64,000 nt of DNA, from positions 744,001 through 808,000 of the forward strand of contig OZ176050.1 in assembly GCA_964247055.1 (NCBI GenBank). The letters are read 5' to 3'. Under the pieces are notes generated by a model. That model was not told the origin of the DNA, ran no database searches, and saw nothing but the letters and a program-made list of their open reading frames with translations. The translations under genes were made by a program, and so were the position numbers. Source of the DNA: Paragordius varius (lineage: Eukaryota > Animalia > Nematomorpha). Positions 39,501 through 52,899 of the stretch are shown in pieces; the first letter of the stretch is position 1, and each line of letters opens with the position of its first letter.

Positions 39501-42500
39501 ATATTTAAAAAATTTATTTTATACGATTTTAAAAATAAAAATGGCTACCTAAAATCCAAATTTGATCAGGTGTTGTCACCATAATTTTTTTTGCGTAGCC
39601 CTATGGTAGTTCTATCATCACCGCAAATATTTTCGAGATCGGAGTATAAATGTAATTTTTATGAATTTTTTAAATATTTAAAAAATTTATTTTATACGAT
39701 ATTAAAAATAAAAATGGCTACCTAAAATCCAAATTTGATCAGGTGATGTCACTATAATTTTTTTTGGGTAGCCCTATGGTAGTTCCATCATCACCCCAAA
39801 TATTTTCGAGATCGGAGTATAAATGTAATTTTTATGAATTTTTTAAATATTTAAAAAATTTATTTTATACGATTTTAAAAATAAAAATGGCTACCTAAAA
39901 TCCAAATTTGATCAGGTGATGTCACTATAATTTTTATGGGTAGCCCTATGGTAGTTCCATCATCACCCCAAATATTTTGGGGATCGGACTATAAATGTAA
40001 TTTTTATGAATTTTTTAAATATTTAAAAAATTTTGTTTATACGATATTAAAAATAAAAATGGCTACCTAAAATCCAAATTTGATCAGGTGATGTCACTAT
40101 AATTTTTTTTGGGTAGCCCTATGGTAGTTCCATCATCACCCCAAATATTTTCGAGATCGGAGTATAAATGTAATTTTTATGAATTTAAATATTTAAAAAA
40201 TTTATTTTATACGATTTTAAAAATAAAAATGGCTACCTAAAATCCAAATTTGATCAGGTGATGTCACTATAATTTATATGGGTAGCCCTATGGTAGTTCC
40301 ATCATCACCCCAAATATTTTCGAGATCGGAGTATAAATGTAATTTTTATGAATTTTTTAAATATTTAAAAAATTTATTTTATACGATTTTAAAAATAAAA
40401 ATGGCTACCTAAAATCCAAATTTGATCAGGTGATGTCGCCATAATTTTTTTTGGGTAGCCCTATAGTAGTTCCATCATCACCCCAAATATTTTGGGGATC
40501 GGAGTATAAATGTAATTTTTATGAATTTTTTAAATATTTAAAAAATTTATTTTATACTTTAAAAATAAAAATGGCTACCTAAAATCCAAATTTGATCAGG
40601 TGATGTCGCCATAATTTTTTTTGGGTAGCCCTATTCCATCATCACCCCAAATATTGTCGAGATCGGAGTATAAATGTAATTTTTATGAATTTTTTAAATA
40701 TTTAAAAAATTTATTTTATACGATTTTAAAAATAAAAATGGCTACCTAAAATCCAAATTTGATCAGGTGTTGTCACCATAATTTTTTTTGCGTAGCCCTA
40801 TGGTAGTTCTATCATCACCGCAAATATTTTCGAGATCGGAGTATAAATGTAATTTTTATGAATTTTTTACATATTTAAAAAATTTATTTTATACGATATT
40901 AAAAATAAAAATGGCTACCTAAAATCCAAATTTGATCAGGTGATGTCACTATAATTTTTTTGGGTAGCCCTATGGTAGTTCCATCATCACCCCAAATATT
41001 TTCGAGATCGGAGTATAAATGTAATTTTTATGAATTTAAATATTTAAAAAATTTATTTTATACGATTTTAAAAATAAAAATGGCTACCTAAAATCCAAAT
41101 TTGATCAGGTGATGTCACTATAATTTTTATGGGTAGCCCTATGGTAGTTCCATCATCACCCCAAATATTTTCGAGATCGGAGTATAAATGTAATTTTTAT
41201 GAATTTTTTAAATATTTAAAAAATTTATTTTATACGATTTTAAAAATAAAAATGGCTACCTAAAATCCAAATTTGATCAGGTGATGTCGCCATAATTTTT
41301 TTTGGGTAGCCCTATAGTAGTTCCATCATCACCCCAAATATTTTGGGGATCGGAGTATAAATGTAATTTTTATGAATTTTTTAAATATTTAAAAAATTTA
41401 TTTTATACGATTTTAAAAATAAAAATGGCTACCTAAAATCCAAATTTGATCAGGTGATGTCGCCATAATTTTTTTTGGGTAGCCCTATTCCATCATCACC
41501 CCAAATATTGTCGAGATCGGAGTATAAATGTAATTTTTATGAATTTTTTAAATATTTAAAAAATTTATTTTATACGATTTTAAAAATAAAAATGGCTACC
41601 TAAAATCCAAATTTGATCAGGTGTTGTCACCATAATTTTTTTTGCGTAGCCCTATGGTAGTTCTATCATCACCGCAAATATTTTCGAGATCGGAGTATAA
41701 ATGTAATTTTTATGAATTTTTTAAATATTTAAAAAATTTATTTTATACGATATTAAAAATAAAAATGGCTACCTAAAATCCAAATTTGATCAGGTGATGT
41801 CACTATAATTTTTTTTGGGTAGCCCTATGGTAGTTCCATCATCACCCCAAATATTTTCGAGATCGGAGTATAAATGTAATTTTTATGAATTTTTTAAATA
41901 TTTAAAAAATTTATTTTATACGATTTTAAAAATAAAAATGGCTACCTAAAATCCAAATTTGATCAGGTGATGTCACTATAATTTTTATGGGTAGCCCTAT
42001 GGTAGTTCCATCATCACCCCAAATATTTTGGGGATCGGACTATAAATGTAATTTTTATGAATTTTTTAAATATTTAAAAAATTTTGTTTATACGATATTA
42101 AAAATAAAAATGGCTACCTAAAATCCAAATTTGATCAGGTGATGTCACTATAATTTTTTTTGGGTAGCCCTATGGTAGTTCCATCATCACCCCAAATATT
42201 TTCGAGATCGGAGTATAAATGTAATTTTTATGAATTTAAATATTTAAAAAATTTATTTTATACGATTTTAAAAATAAAAATGGCTACCTAAAATCCAAAT
42301 TTGATCAGGTGATGTCACTATAATTTATATGGGTAGCCCTATGGTAGTTCCATCATCACCCCAAATATTTTCGAGATCGGAGTATAAATGTAATTTTTAT
42401 GAATTTTTTAAATATTTAAAAAATTTATTTTATACGATTTTAAAAATAAAAATGGCTACCTAAAATCCAAATTTGATCAGGTGATGTCGCCATAATTTTT

Positions 42501-43030
42501 TTTGGGTAGCCCTATAGTAGTTCCATCATCACCCCAAATATTTTGGGGATCGGAGTATAAATGTAATTTTTATGAATTTTTTAAATATTTAAAAAATTTA
42601 TTTTATACTTTAAAAATAAAAATGGCTACCTAAAATCCAAATTTGATCAGGTGATGTCGCCATAATTTTTTTTGGGTAGCCCTATTCCATCATCACCCCA
42701 AATATTGTCGAGATCGGAGTATAAATGTAATTTTTATGAATTTTTTAAATATTTAAAAAATTTATTTTATACGATTTTAAAAATAAAAATGGCTACCTAA
42801 AATCCAAATTTGATCAGGTGTTGTCACCATAATTTTTTTTGCGTAGCCCTATGGTAGTTCTATTATCACCGCAAATATTTTCGAGATCGGAGTATAAATG
42901 TAATTTTTATGAATTTTTTACATATTTAAAAAATTTATTTTATACGATATTAAAAATAAAAATGGCTACCTAAAATCCAAATTTGATCAGGTGATGTCAC
43001 TATAATTTTTTTGGGTAGCCCTATGGTAGT
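36590..43030. repeat. Nested HOR region: 7-mer (1200/1197 bp) inside 13- and 12-monomer super-periods (2232 and 2051 bp)
   Basis: gaatttaaat (T6>T3) at 36752, 37952, 38984, 40184, 41035, 42235; ggtgttgtc at 37341, 39573, 40770, 41624, 42821. Confidence 0.9.
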
Positions 43031-43369
43031 TCCATCATCACCCCAAATATTTTCGAGATCGGAGTATAAATCTAATTTTTATGAATTTTTAAATATTTAA
43101 AAAATTTATTTTATAGGATTTTAAAAATAAAAATGGCTACCTAAAATCCAAATTTGATCAGGTGATGTCACTATAATTTTTATGGGTAGCCCTATGGTAG
43201 TTCCATCATCACCCCAAATATTTTGGGGATCGGACTATAAATGTAATTTTTATGAATTTTTTAAATATTTAAAAAATTTATTTTATACGATTTTAAAAAT
43301 AAAAATGGCTACCTAAAATCCAAATTTGATCAGGAGATGTCGCCATAATTTTTTTTGGGTAGCCCTATC

Positions 43370-46300
43370 ACCCCAAATATTTTCGAGATCGGAGTATAAA
43401 TGTAATTTTTATGAATTTTTTAAATATTTAAAAAAATTATTTTATACGATTTTAAAAATAAAAATGGCTACCTAAAATCCAAATTTGATCAGGTGATGTC
43501 ACCATAATTTTTTTTGGGTAGCCCTCTGGTATTTCCATCATCACCCCAAATATTTTCGAGATCAGACTATAAATGTAATTTTTTTAAATATTTAAAAAAT
43601 TTATTTTATACGATTTTAAAAATAAAAATGGCTACCTAAAATCCAAATTTGATCAGGTGATGTCACCATAATTTTTTTTGGGTAGCCCTATGGTAGTTCC
43701 ATCATCACCCCAAATATTGTCGAGATCGGAGTATAAATGTAATTTTTTTGAATTTTTTAAATATTTAAAAAATTTATTTTATACGATTTTAAAAATAAAA
43801 ATGGCTACCTAAAATCCAAATTTGATAAGGTGATGTCGCCATAATTTTTTTTGGGTAGCCCTATGGTAGTTCCATCATCACCCCAAATATTGTCGAGATC
43901 GGAGTATAAATGTAATTTTTTTGAATTTTTTAAATATTTAAAAAATTTATTTTATACGATTTTAAAAATAAAAATGGCTACCTAAAATCCAAATTTGATC
44001 AGGTGATGTCACCATAATTTTTTTTGGGTAGCCCTATGGTAGTTCCATCATCACCCCAAATATTGTCGAGATCGGAGTATAAATGTAATTTTTTTGAATT
44101 TTTTAAATATTTAAAAAATTTATTTTATACGATTTTAAAAATAAAAATGGCTACCTAAAATCCAAATTTGATCAGGTGATGTCACCATAATTTTTTTTGC
44201 GTAGCCCTATGGTAGTTCCATCATCACCCCAAATATTTTGGGGATCGGACTATAAATGTAATTTTTATGAATATTTTAAATATTTAAAAAATTTATTTTA
44301 TACGATTTTAAAAATAAAAATGGCTACCTAAAATCCAAATTTGATCAGGTGATGTCACTATAATTTTTTTTGGGTAGCCCTATGGTAGTTCCATCATCAC
44401 CCCAAATATTTTGGGGATCGGAGTATAAATGTAATTTTTATGAATTTTTTAAATATTTAAAAAATTTATTTTATACGATTTTAAAAATAAAAATGGCTAC
44501 AAAAATCCAAATTTGATCAGGTGATGTCGCCAAATTTTTTTTGGGTAGACCTATAGTAGTTCCATCATCACCCCAAATATTTTCGAGATCGGAGTATAAA
44601 TGTAATTTTTATGAATTTTTTAAATATTTAAAAAATTTATTTTCTACGATTTTAAAAATAAAAATGGCTACCTAAAATCCAAATTTGATCAGGTGATGTC
44701 ACCATAATTTTTTTGGGTAGCCCTATGGTAGTTCCATCATCACCCCAAATATTTTCGAGATCGGAGTATAAATGTAATTTTTATGAATTTTTTAAATATT
44801 TAAAAAATTTATTTTATACGATTTTAAAAATAAAAATGGCTACCTAAAATCCAAATTTGATCAGGTGATGTCGCCAAGATTTTTTTTGGGTAGCCCTATG
44901 GTAGTTCCATCATCACCCCAAATATTTTCGAGATCGGACTATAAATGTAATTTTTATGAATTTTTTAAATATTTAAAAAATTTATTTTATACGATTTTAA
45001 AAATAAAAATGGCTACCTAAATATCCAAATTTGATCAGGTGATGTCGCCAAAATTTTTTTTGGGTAGCCCTATAGTAGTTCCATCATCACCCCAAATTTT
45101 TTGGGGATCGGACTATAAATGTAATTTTTATGAATTTTTTAAATATTTAAAAAATTTATTTTTTACGATTTTAAAAATAAAAATGGCTACCTAAAATCCA
45201 AATTTGATCAGGTGATGTCACCATAATTTTTTTGGGTAGCCCTATGGTAGTTCCATCATCACCCCAAATATTTTCGAGATCGGAGTATAAATCTAATTTT
45301 TATGAATTTTTTAAATATTTAAAAAATTTATTTTATACGATTTTAAAAATAAAAATGGCTACCTAAAATCCAAATTTGATCAGGTGATGTCACTATAATT
45401 TTTATGGGTAGCCCTATGGTAGTTCCATCATCACCCCAAATATTTTGGGGATCGGACTATAAATGTAATTTTTATGAATTTTTTAAATATTTAAAAAATT
45501 TATTTTATACGATTTTAAAAATAAAAATGGCTACCTAAAATCCAAATTTGATCAGGTGATGTCGCCATAATTTTTTTTGGGTAGCCCTATCACCCCAAAT
45601 ATTTTCGAGATCGGAGTATAAATGTAATTTTTATGAATTTTTTAAATATTTAAAAAATTTATTTTATACGATTTTAAAAATAAAAATGGCTACCTAAAAT
45701 CCAAATTTGATCAGGTGATGTCGCCATAATTTTTTTTGGGTAGCCCTATAGTAGTTCCATCATCACCCCAAATATTTTGGGGATCGGAGTATAAATGTAA
45801 TTTTTATGAATTTTTTAAATATTTAAAAAATTTATTTTATACGATTTTAAAAATAAAAATGGCTACCTAAAATCCAAATTTGATCAGGTGATGTCGCCAT
45901 AATTTTTTTTGGGTAGCCCTATTCCATCATCACCCCAAATATTGTCGAGATCGGAGTATAAATGTAATTTTTATGAATTTTTTAAATATTTAAAAAATTT
46001 ATTTTATACGATTTTAAAAATAAAAATGGCTACCTAAAATCCAAATTTGATCAGGTGATGTCACCATAATTTTTTTTGCATAGCCCTATGGTAGTTCCAT
46101 CATCACCCCAAATATTTTCGAGATCGGAGTATAAATGTAATTTTTATGAATTTTTTAAATATTTAAAAAAATTATTTTATACGATTTTAAAAATAAAAAT
46201 GGCTACCTAAAATCCAAATTTGATCAGGTGATGTCACCATAATTTTTTTTGCGTAGCCCTATGGTATTTCCATCATCACCCCAAATATTTTGGGGATCAG

Positions 46301-49300
46301 ACTATAAATGTAATTTTTTTAAATATTTAAAAAATTTATTTTATACGATTTTAAAAATAAAAATGGCTACCTAAAATCCAAATTTGATCAGGTGATGTCG
46401 CCATAATTTTTTTTGGGTAGCCCTATGGTAGTTCCATCATCACCCCAAATATTTTGGGGATCGGACTATAAATGTAATTTTTATGAATTTTTTAAATATT
46501 TAATAAATTTATTTTATACGATTTTAAAAATAAAAATGGCTACCTAAAATCCAAATTTGATCAGGTGATGTCACTATAATTTTTTTTGGGTAGCCCTATG
46601 GTAGTTCCATCATCACCCCAAATATTGTCGAGATCGGAGTATAAATGTAATTTTTATGAATTTTTTAAATATTTAATAAATTTATTTTATACGATTTTAA
46701 AAATAAAAATGGCTACCTAAAATCCAAATTTGATCAGGTGATGTCGCCAAAATTTTTTTTGGGTAGCCCTATGGTAGTTCCATCATCACCCCAAATATTT
46801 TGGGGATCGGAGTATAAATGTAATTTTTATGAATTTTTTAAATATTTAAAAAATTTATTTTATACGATTTTAAAAATAAAAATGGCTACCTAAAATCCAA
46901 ATTTGATCAGGTGATGTCACCATAATTTTTTTTGGGTAGCCCTATGGTAGTTCCATCATCACCCCAAATATTGTCGAGATCGGAGTATAAATGTAATTTT
47001 TTTGAATTTTTTAAATATTTAAAAAATTTATTTTATACGATTTTAAAAATAAAAATGGCTACCTAAAATCCAAATTTGATCAGGTGATGTCACCATAATT
47101 TTTTTTGCGTAGCCCTATGGTAGTTCCATCATCACCCCAAATATTTTGGGGATCGGACTATAAATGTAATTTTTATGAATATTTTAAATATTTAAAAAAT
47201 TTATTTTATACGATTTTAAAAATAAAAATGGCTACCTAAAATCCAAATTTGATCAGGTGATGTCACTATAATTTTTTTTGGGTAGCCCTATGGTAGTTCC
47301 ATCATCACCCCAAATATTTTGGGGATCGGAGTATAAATGTAATTTTTATGAATTTTTTAAATATTTAAAAAATTTATTTTATACGATTTTAAAAATAAAA
47401 ATGGCTACAAAAATCCAAATTTGATCAGGTGATGTCGCCAAATTTTTTTTGGGTAGACCTATAGTAGTTCCATCATCACCCCAAATATTTTCGAGATCGG
47501 AGTATAAATGTAATTTTTATGAATTTTTTAAATATTTAAAAAATTTATTTTCTACGATTTTAAAAATAAAAATGGCTACCTAAAATCCAAATTTGATCAG
47601 GTGATGTCACCATAATTTTTTTGGGTAGCCCTATGGTAGTTCCATCATCACCCCAAATATTTTCGAGATCGGAGTATAAATGTAATTTTTATGAATTTTT
47701 TAAATATTTAAAAAATTTATTTTATACGATTTTAAAAATAAAAATGGCTACCTAAAATCCAAATTTGATCAGGTGATGTCGCCAAGATTTTTTTTGGGTA
47801 GCCCTATGGTAGTTCCATCATCACCCCAAATATTTTCGAGATCGGACTATAAATGTAATTTTTATGAATTTTTTAAATATTTAAAAAATTTATTTTATAC
47901 GATTTTAAAAATAAAAATGGCTACCTAAAATCCAAATTTGATCAGGAGATGTCGCCATAATTTTTTTTGGGTAGCCCTATCACCCCAAATATTTTCGAGA
48001 TCGGAGTATAAATGTAATTTTTATGAATTTTTTAAATATTTAAAAAATTTATTTTATACGATTTTAAAAATAAAAATGGCTACCTAAAATCCAAATTTGA
48101 TCAGGTGATGTCGCCATAATTTTTTTTGGGTAGCCCTATAGTAGTTCCATCATCACCCCAAATATTTTGGGGATCAGAGTATAAATGTAATTTTTATGAA
48201 TTTTTTAAATATTTAAAAAATTTATTTTATACGATTTTAAAAATAAAAATGGCTACCTAAAATCCAAATTTGATCAGGTGATGTCGCCATAATTTTTTTT
48301 GGGTAGCCCTATTCCATCATCACCCCAAATATTGTCGAGATCGGAGTATAAATGTAATTTTTATGAATTTTTTAAGTATTTAAAAAATTTATTTTATACG
48401 ATTTTAAAAATAAAAATGGCTACCTAAAATCCAAATTTGATCAGGTGATGTCACCATAATTTTTTTTGCGTAGCCCTATGGTAGTTCCATCATCACCCCA
48501 AATATTTTCGAGATCGGAGTATAAATGTAATTTTTATGAATTTTTTAAATATTTAAAAAAATTATTTTATACGATTTTAAAAATAAAAATGGCTACCTAA
48601 AATCCAAATTTGATCAGGTGATGTCACCATAATTTTTTTTGGGTAGCCCTCTGGTATTTCCATCATCACCCCAAATATTTTCGAGATCAGACTATAAATG
48701 TAATTTTTTTAAATATTTAAAAAATTTATTTTATACGATTTTAAAAATAAAAATGGCTACCTAAAATCCAAATTTGATCAGGTGATGTCACCATAATTTT
48801 TTTTGGGTAGCCCTATGGTAGTTCCATCATCACCCCAAATATTGTCGAGATCGGAGTATAAATGTAATTTTTTTGAATTTTTTAAATATTTAAAAAATTT
48901 ATTTTATACGATTTTAAAAATAAAAATGGCTACCTAAAATCCAAATTTGATAAGGTGATGTCGCCATAATTTTTTTTGGGTAGCCCTATGGTAGTTCCAT
49001 CATCACCCCAAATATTGTCGAGATCGGAGTATAAATGTAATTTTTTTGAATTTTTTAAATATTTAAAAAATTTATTTTATACGATTTTAAAAATAAAAAT
49101 GGCTACCTAAAATCCAAATTTGATCAGGTGATGTCACCATAATTTTTTTTGGGTAGCCCTATGGTAGTTCCATCATCACCCCAAATATTGTCGAGATCGG
49201 AGTATAAATGTAATTTTTTTGAATTTTTTAAATATTTAAAAAATTTATTTTATACGATTTTAAAAATAAAAATGGCTACCTAAAATCCAAATTTGATCAG

Positions 49301-51751
49301 GTGATGTCACCATAATTTTTTTTGCGTAGCCCTATGGTAGTTCCATCATCACCCCAAATATTTTGGGGATCGGACTATAAATGTAATTTTTATGAATATT
49401 TTAAATATTTAAAAAATTTATTTTATACGATTTTAAAAATAAAAATGGCTACCTAAAATCCAAATTTGATCAGGTGATGTCACTATAATTTTTTTTGGGT
49501 AGCCCTATGGTAGTTCCATCATCACCCCAAATATTTTGGGGATCGGAGTATAAATGTAATTTTTATGAATTTTTTAAATATTTAAAAAATTTATTTTATA
49601 CGATTTTAAAAATAAAAATGGCTACAAAAATCCAAATTTGATCAGGTGATGTCGCCAAATTTTTTTTGGGTAGACCTATAGTAGTTCCATCATCACCCCA
49701 AATATTTTCGAGATCGGAGTATAAATGTAATTTTTATGAATTTTTTAAATATTTAAAAAATTTATTTTCTACGATTTTAAAAATAAAAATGGCTACCTAA
49801 AATCCAAATTTGATCAGGTGATGTCACCATAATTTTTTTGGGTAGCCCTATGGTAGTTCCATCATCACCCCAAATATTTTCGAGATCGGAGTATAAATGT
49901 AATTTTTATGAATTTTTTAAATATTTAAAAAATTTATTTTATACGATTTTAAAAATAAAAATGGCTACCTAAAATCCAAATTTGATCAGGTGATGTCGCC
50001 AAGATTTTTTTTGGGTAGCCCTATGGTAGTTCCATCATCACCCCAAATATTTTCGAGATCGGACTATAAATGTAATTTTTATGAATTTTTTAAATATTTA
50101 AAAAATTTATTTTATACGATTTTAAAAATAAAAATGGCTACCTAAATATCCAAATTTGATCAGGTGATGTCGCCAAAATTTTTTTTGGGTAGCCCTATAG
50201 TAGTTCCATCATCACCCCAAATTTTTTGGGGATCGGACTATAAATGTAATTTTTATGAATTTTTTAAATATTTAAAAAATTTATTTTTTACGATTTTAAA
50301 AATAAAAATGGCTACCTAAAATCCAAATTTGATCAGGTGATGTCACCATAATTTTTTTGGGTAGCCCTATGGTAGTTCCATCATCACCCCAAATATTTTC
50401 GAGATCGGAGTATAAATCTAATTTTTATGAATTTTTTAAATATTTAAAAAATTTATTTTATACGATTTTAAAAATAAAAATGGCTACCTAAAATCCAAAT
50501 TTGATCAGGTGATGTCACTATAATTTTTATGGGTAGCCCTATGGTAGTTCCATCATCACCCCAAATATTTTGGGGATCGGACTATAAATGTAATTTTTAT
50601 GAATTTTTTAAATATTTAAAAAATTTATTTTATACGATTTTAAAAATAAAAATGGCTACCTAAAATCCAAATTTGATCAGGTGATGTCGCCATAATTTTT
50701 TTTGGGTAGCCCTATCACCCCAAATATTTTCGAGATCGGAGTATAAATGTAATTTTTATGAATTTTTTAAATATTTAAAAAATTTATTTTATACGATTTT
50801 AAAAATAAAAATGGCTACCTAAAATCCAAATTTGATCAGGTGATGTCGCCATAATTTTTTTTGGGTAGCCCTATAGTAGTTCCATCATCACCCCAAATAT
50901 TTTGGGGATCGGAGTATAAATGTAATTTTTATGAATTTTTTAAATATTTAAAAAATTTATTTTATACGATTTTAAAAATAAAAATGGCTACCTAAAATCC
51001 AAATTTGATCAGGTGATGTCGCCATAATTTTTTTTGGGTAGCCCTATTCCATCATCACCCCAAATATTGTCGAGATCGGAGTATAAATGTAATTTTTATG
51101 AATTTTTTAAATATTTAAAAAATTTATTTTATACGATTTTAAAAATAAAAATGGCTACCTAAAATCCAAATTTGATCAGGTGATGTCACCATAATTTTTT
51201 TTGCATAGCCCTATGGTAGTTCCATCATCACCCCAAATATTTTCGAGATCGGAGTATAAATGTAATTTTTATGAATTTTTTAAATATTTAAAAAAATTAT
51301 TTTATACGATTTTAAAAATAAAAATGGCTACCTAAAATCCAAATTTGATCAGGTGATGTCACCATAATTTTTTTTGCGTAGCCCTATGGTATTTCCATCA
51401 TCACCCCAAATATTTTGGGGATCAGACTATAAATGTAATTTTTTTAAATATTTAAAAAATTTATTTTATACGATTTTAAAAATAAAAATGGCTACCTAAA
51501 ATCCAAATTTGATCAGGTGATGTCGCCATAATTTTTTTTGGGTAGCCCTATGGTAGTTCCATCATCACCCCAAATATTTTGGGGATCGGACTATAAATGT
51601 AATTTTTATGAATTTTTTAAATATTTAATAAATTTATTTTATACGATTTTAAAAATAAAAATGGCTACCTAAAATCCAAATTTGATCAGGTGATGTCACT
51701 ATAATTTTTTTTGGGTAGCCCTATGGTAGTTCCATCATCACCCCAAATATT
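43370..51751. repeat. About 3.3-kb block duplicated at 5125-bp offset (about 43370-46626 and 48495-51751), with a partial third copy in between
   Basis: Offset 5125: ccctctgg 43526/48651, gataagg 43827/48952, ggctacaaaaa 44501/49626, ctaaatatcc 45022/50147, gcatagcc 46080/51205, tttaataaa 46504/51629. A partial copy has ggctacaaaaa at 47409 (2908+2217). Confidence 0.92.
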
Positions 51752-52899
51752 TTCGAGATCGGAGTATAAATGTAATTTTTATGAATTTTTTAAATATTTA
51801 AAAAATTTATTTTATACGATTTTAAAAATAAAAATGGCTACCTAAAATCCAAATTTGATCAGGTGATGTCACTATAATTTTTTTTGGGTAGCCCTATGGT
51901 AGTTCCATCATCACCCCAAATATTTTCGAGATCGGAGTATAAATGTAATTTTTATGAATTTTTTAAATATTTAAAAAATTAATTTTTATACGATTTTAAA
52001 ATAAAAATGGCTACCTAAAATCCAAATTTGATCAGGTGATGTCACCATAATTTTTTTTGGGTAGCCCTATGGTAGTTCCATCATCACCCCAAATATTTTG
52101 GGGATCGGACTATAAATGTACTTTTTATGAATTTTTTAAATATTTAAAAAATTTATTTTATACGATTTTAAAAATAAAAATGGCTACCTAAAATCCAAAT
52201 TTGATCAGGTGATGTCACTATAATTTTTTTTGGGTAGCCCTATGGTAGTTCCATCATCACCCCAAATATTTTCGAGATCGGAGTATAAATGTAATTTTTA
52301 TGAATTTTTTAAATATTTAAAAAATTTATTTTATACGATTTTAAAATAAAAATGGCTACCTAAAATCCAAATTTGATCAGGTGATGTCACCATAATTTTT
52401 TTTGGGTAGCCCTATGGTAGTTCCATCATCACCCCAAATATTTTGGGGATCGGACTATAAATGTAATTTTTATGAATTTTTTAAATATTTAAAAAATTTA
52501 TTTTTTACGATTTTAAAAATAAAAATGGCTACCTAAAATCCAAATTTGATCAGGTGATGTCACCATAATTTTTTTGGGTAGCCCTATGGTAGTTCCATCA
52601 TCACCCCAAATATTTTCGAGATCGGAGTATAAATCTAATTTTTATGAATTTTTTAAATATTTAAAAAATTTATTTTATACGATTTTAAAAATAAAAATGG
52701 CTACAAAAATCCAAATTTGATCAGGTGATGTCGCCAAATTTTTTTTGGGTAGACCTATAGTAGTTCCATCATCACCCCAAATATTTTCGAGATCGGAGTA
52801 TAAATGTAATTTTTATGAATTTTTTAAATATTTAAAAAATTTATTTTCTACGATTTTAAAAATAAAAATGGCTACCTAAAATCCAAATTTGATCAGGTG

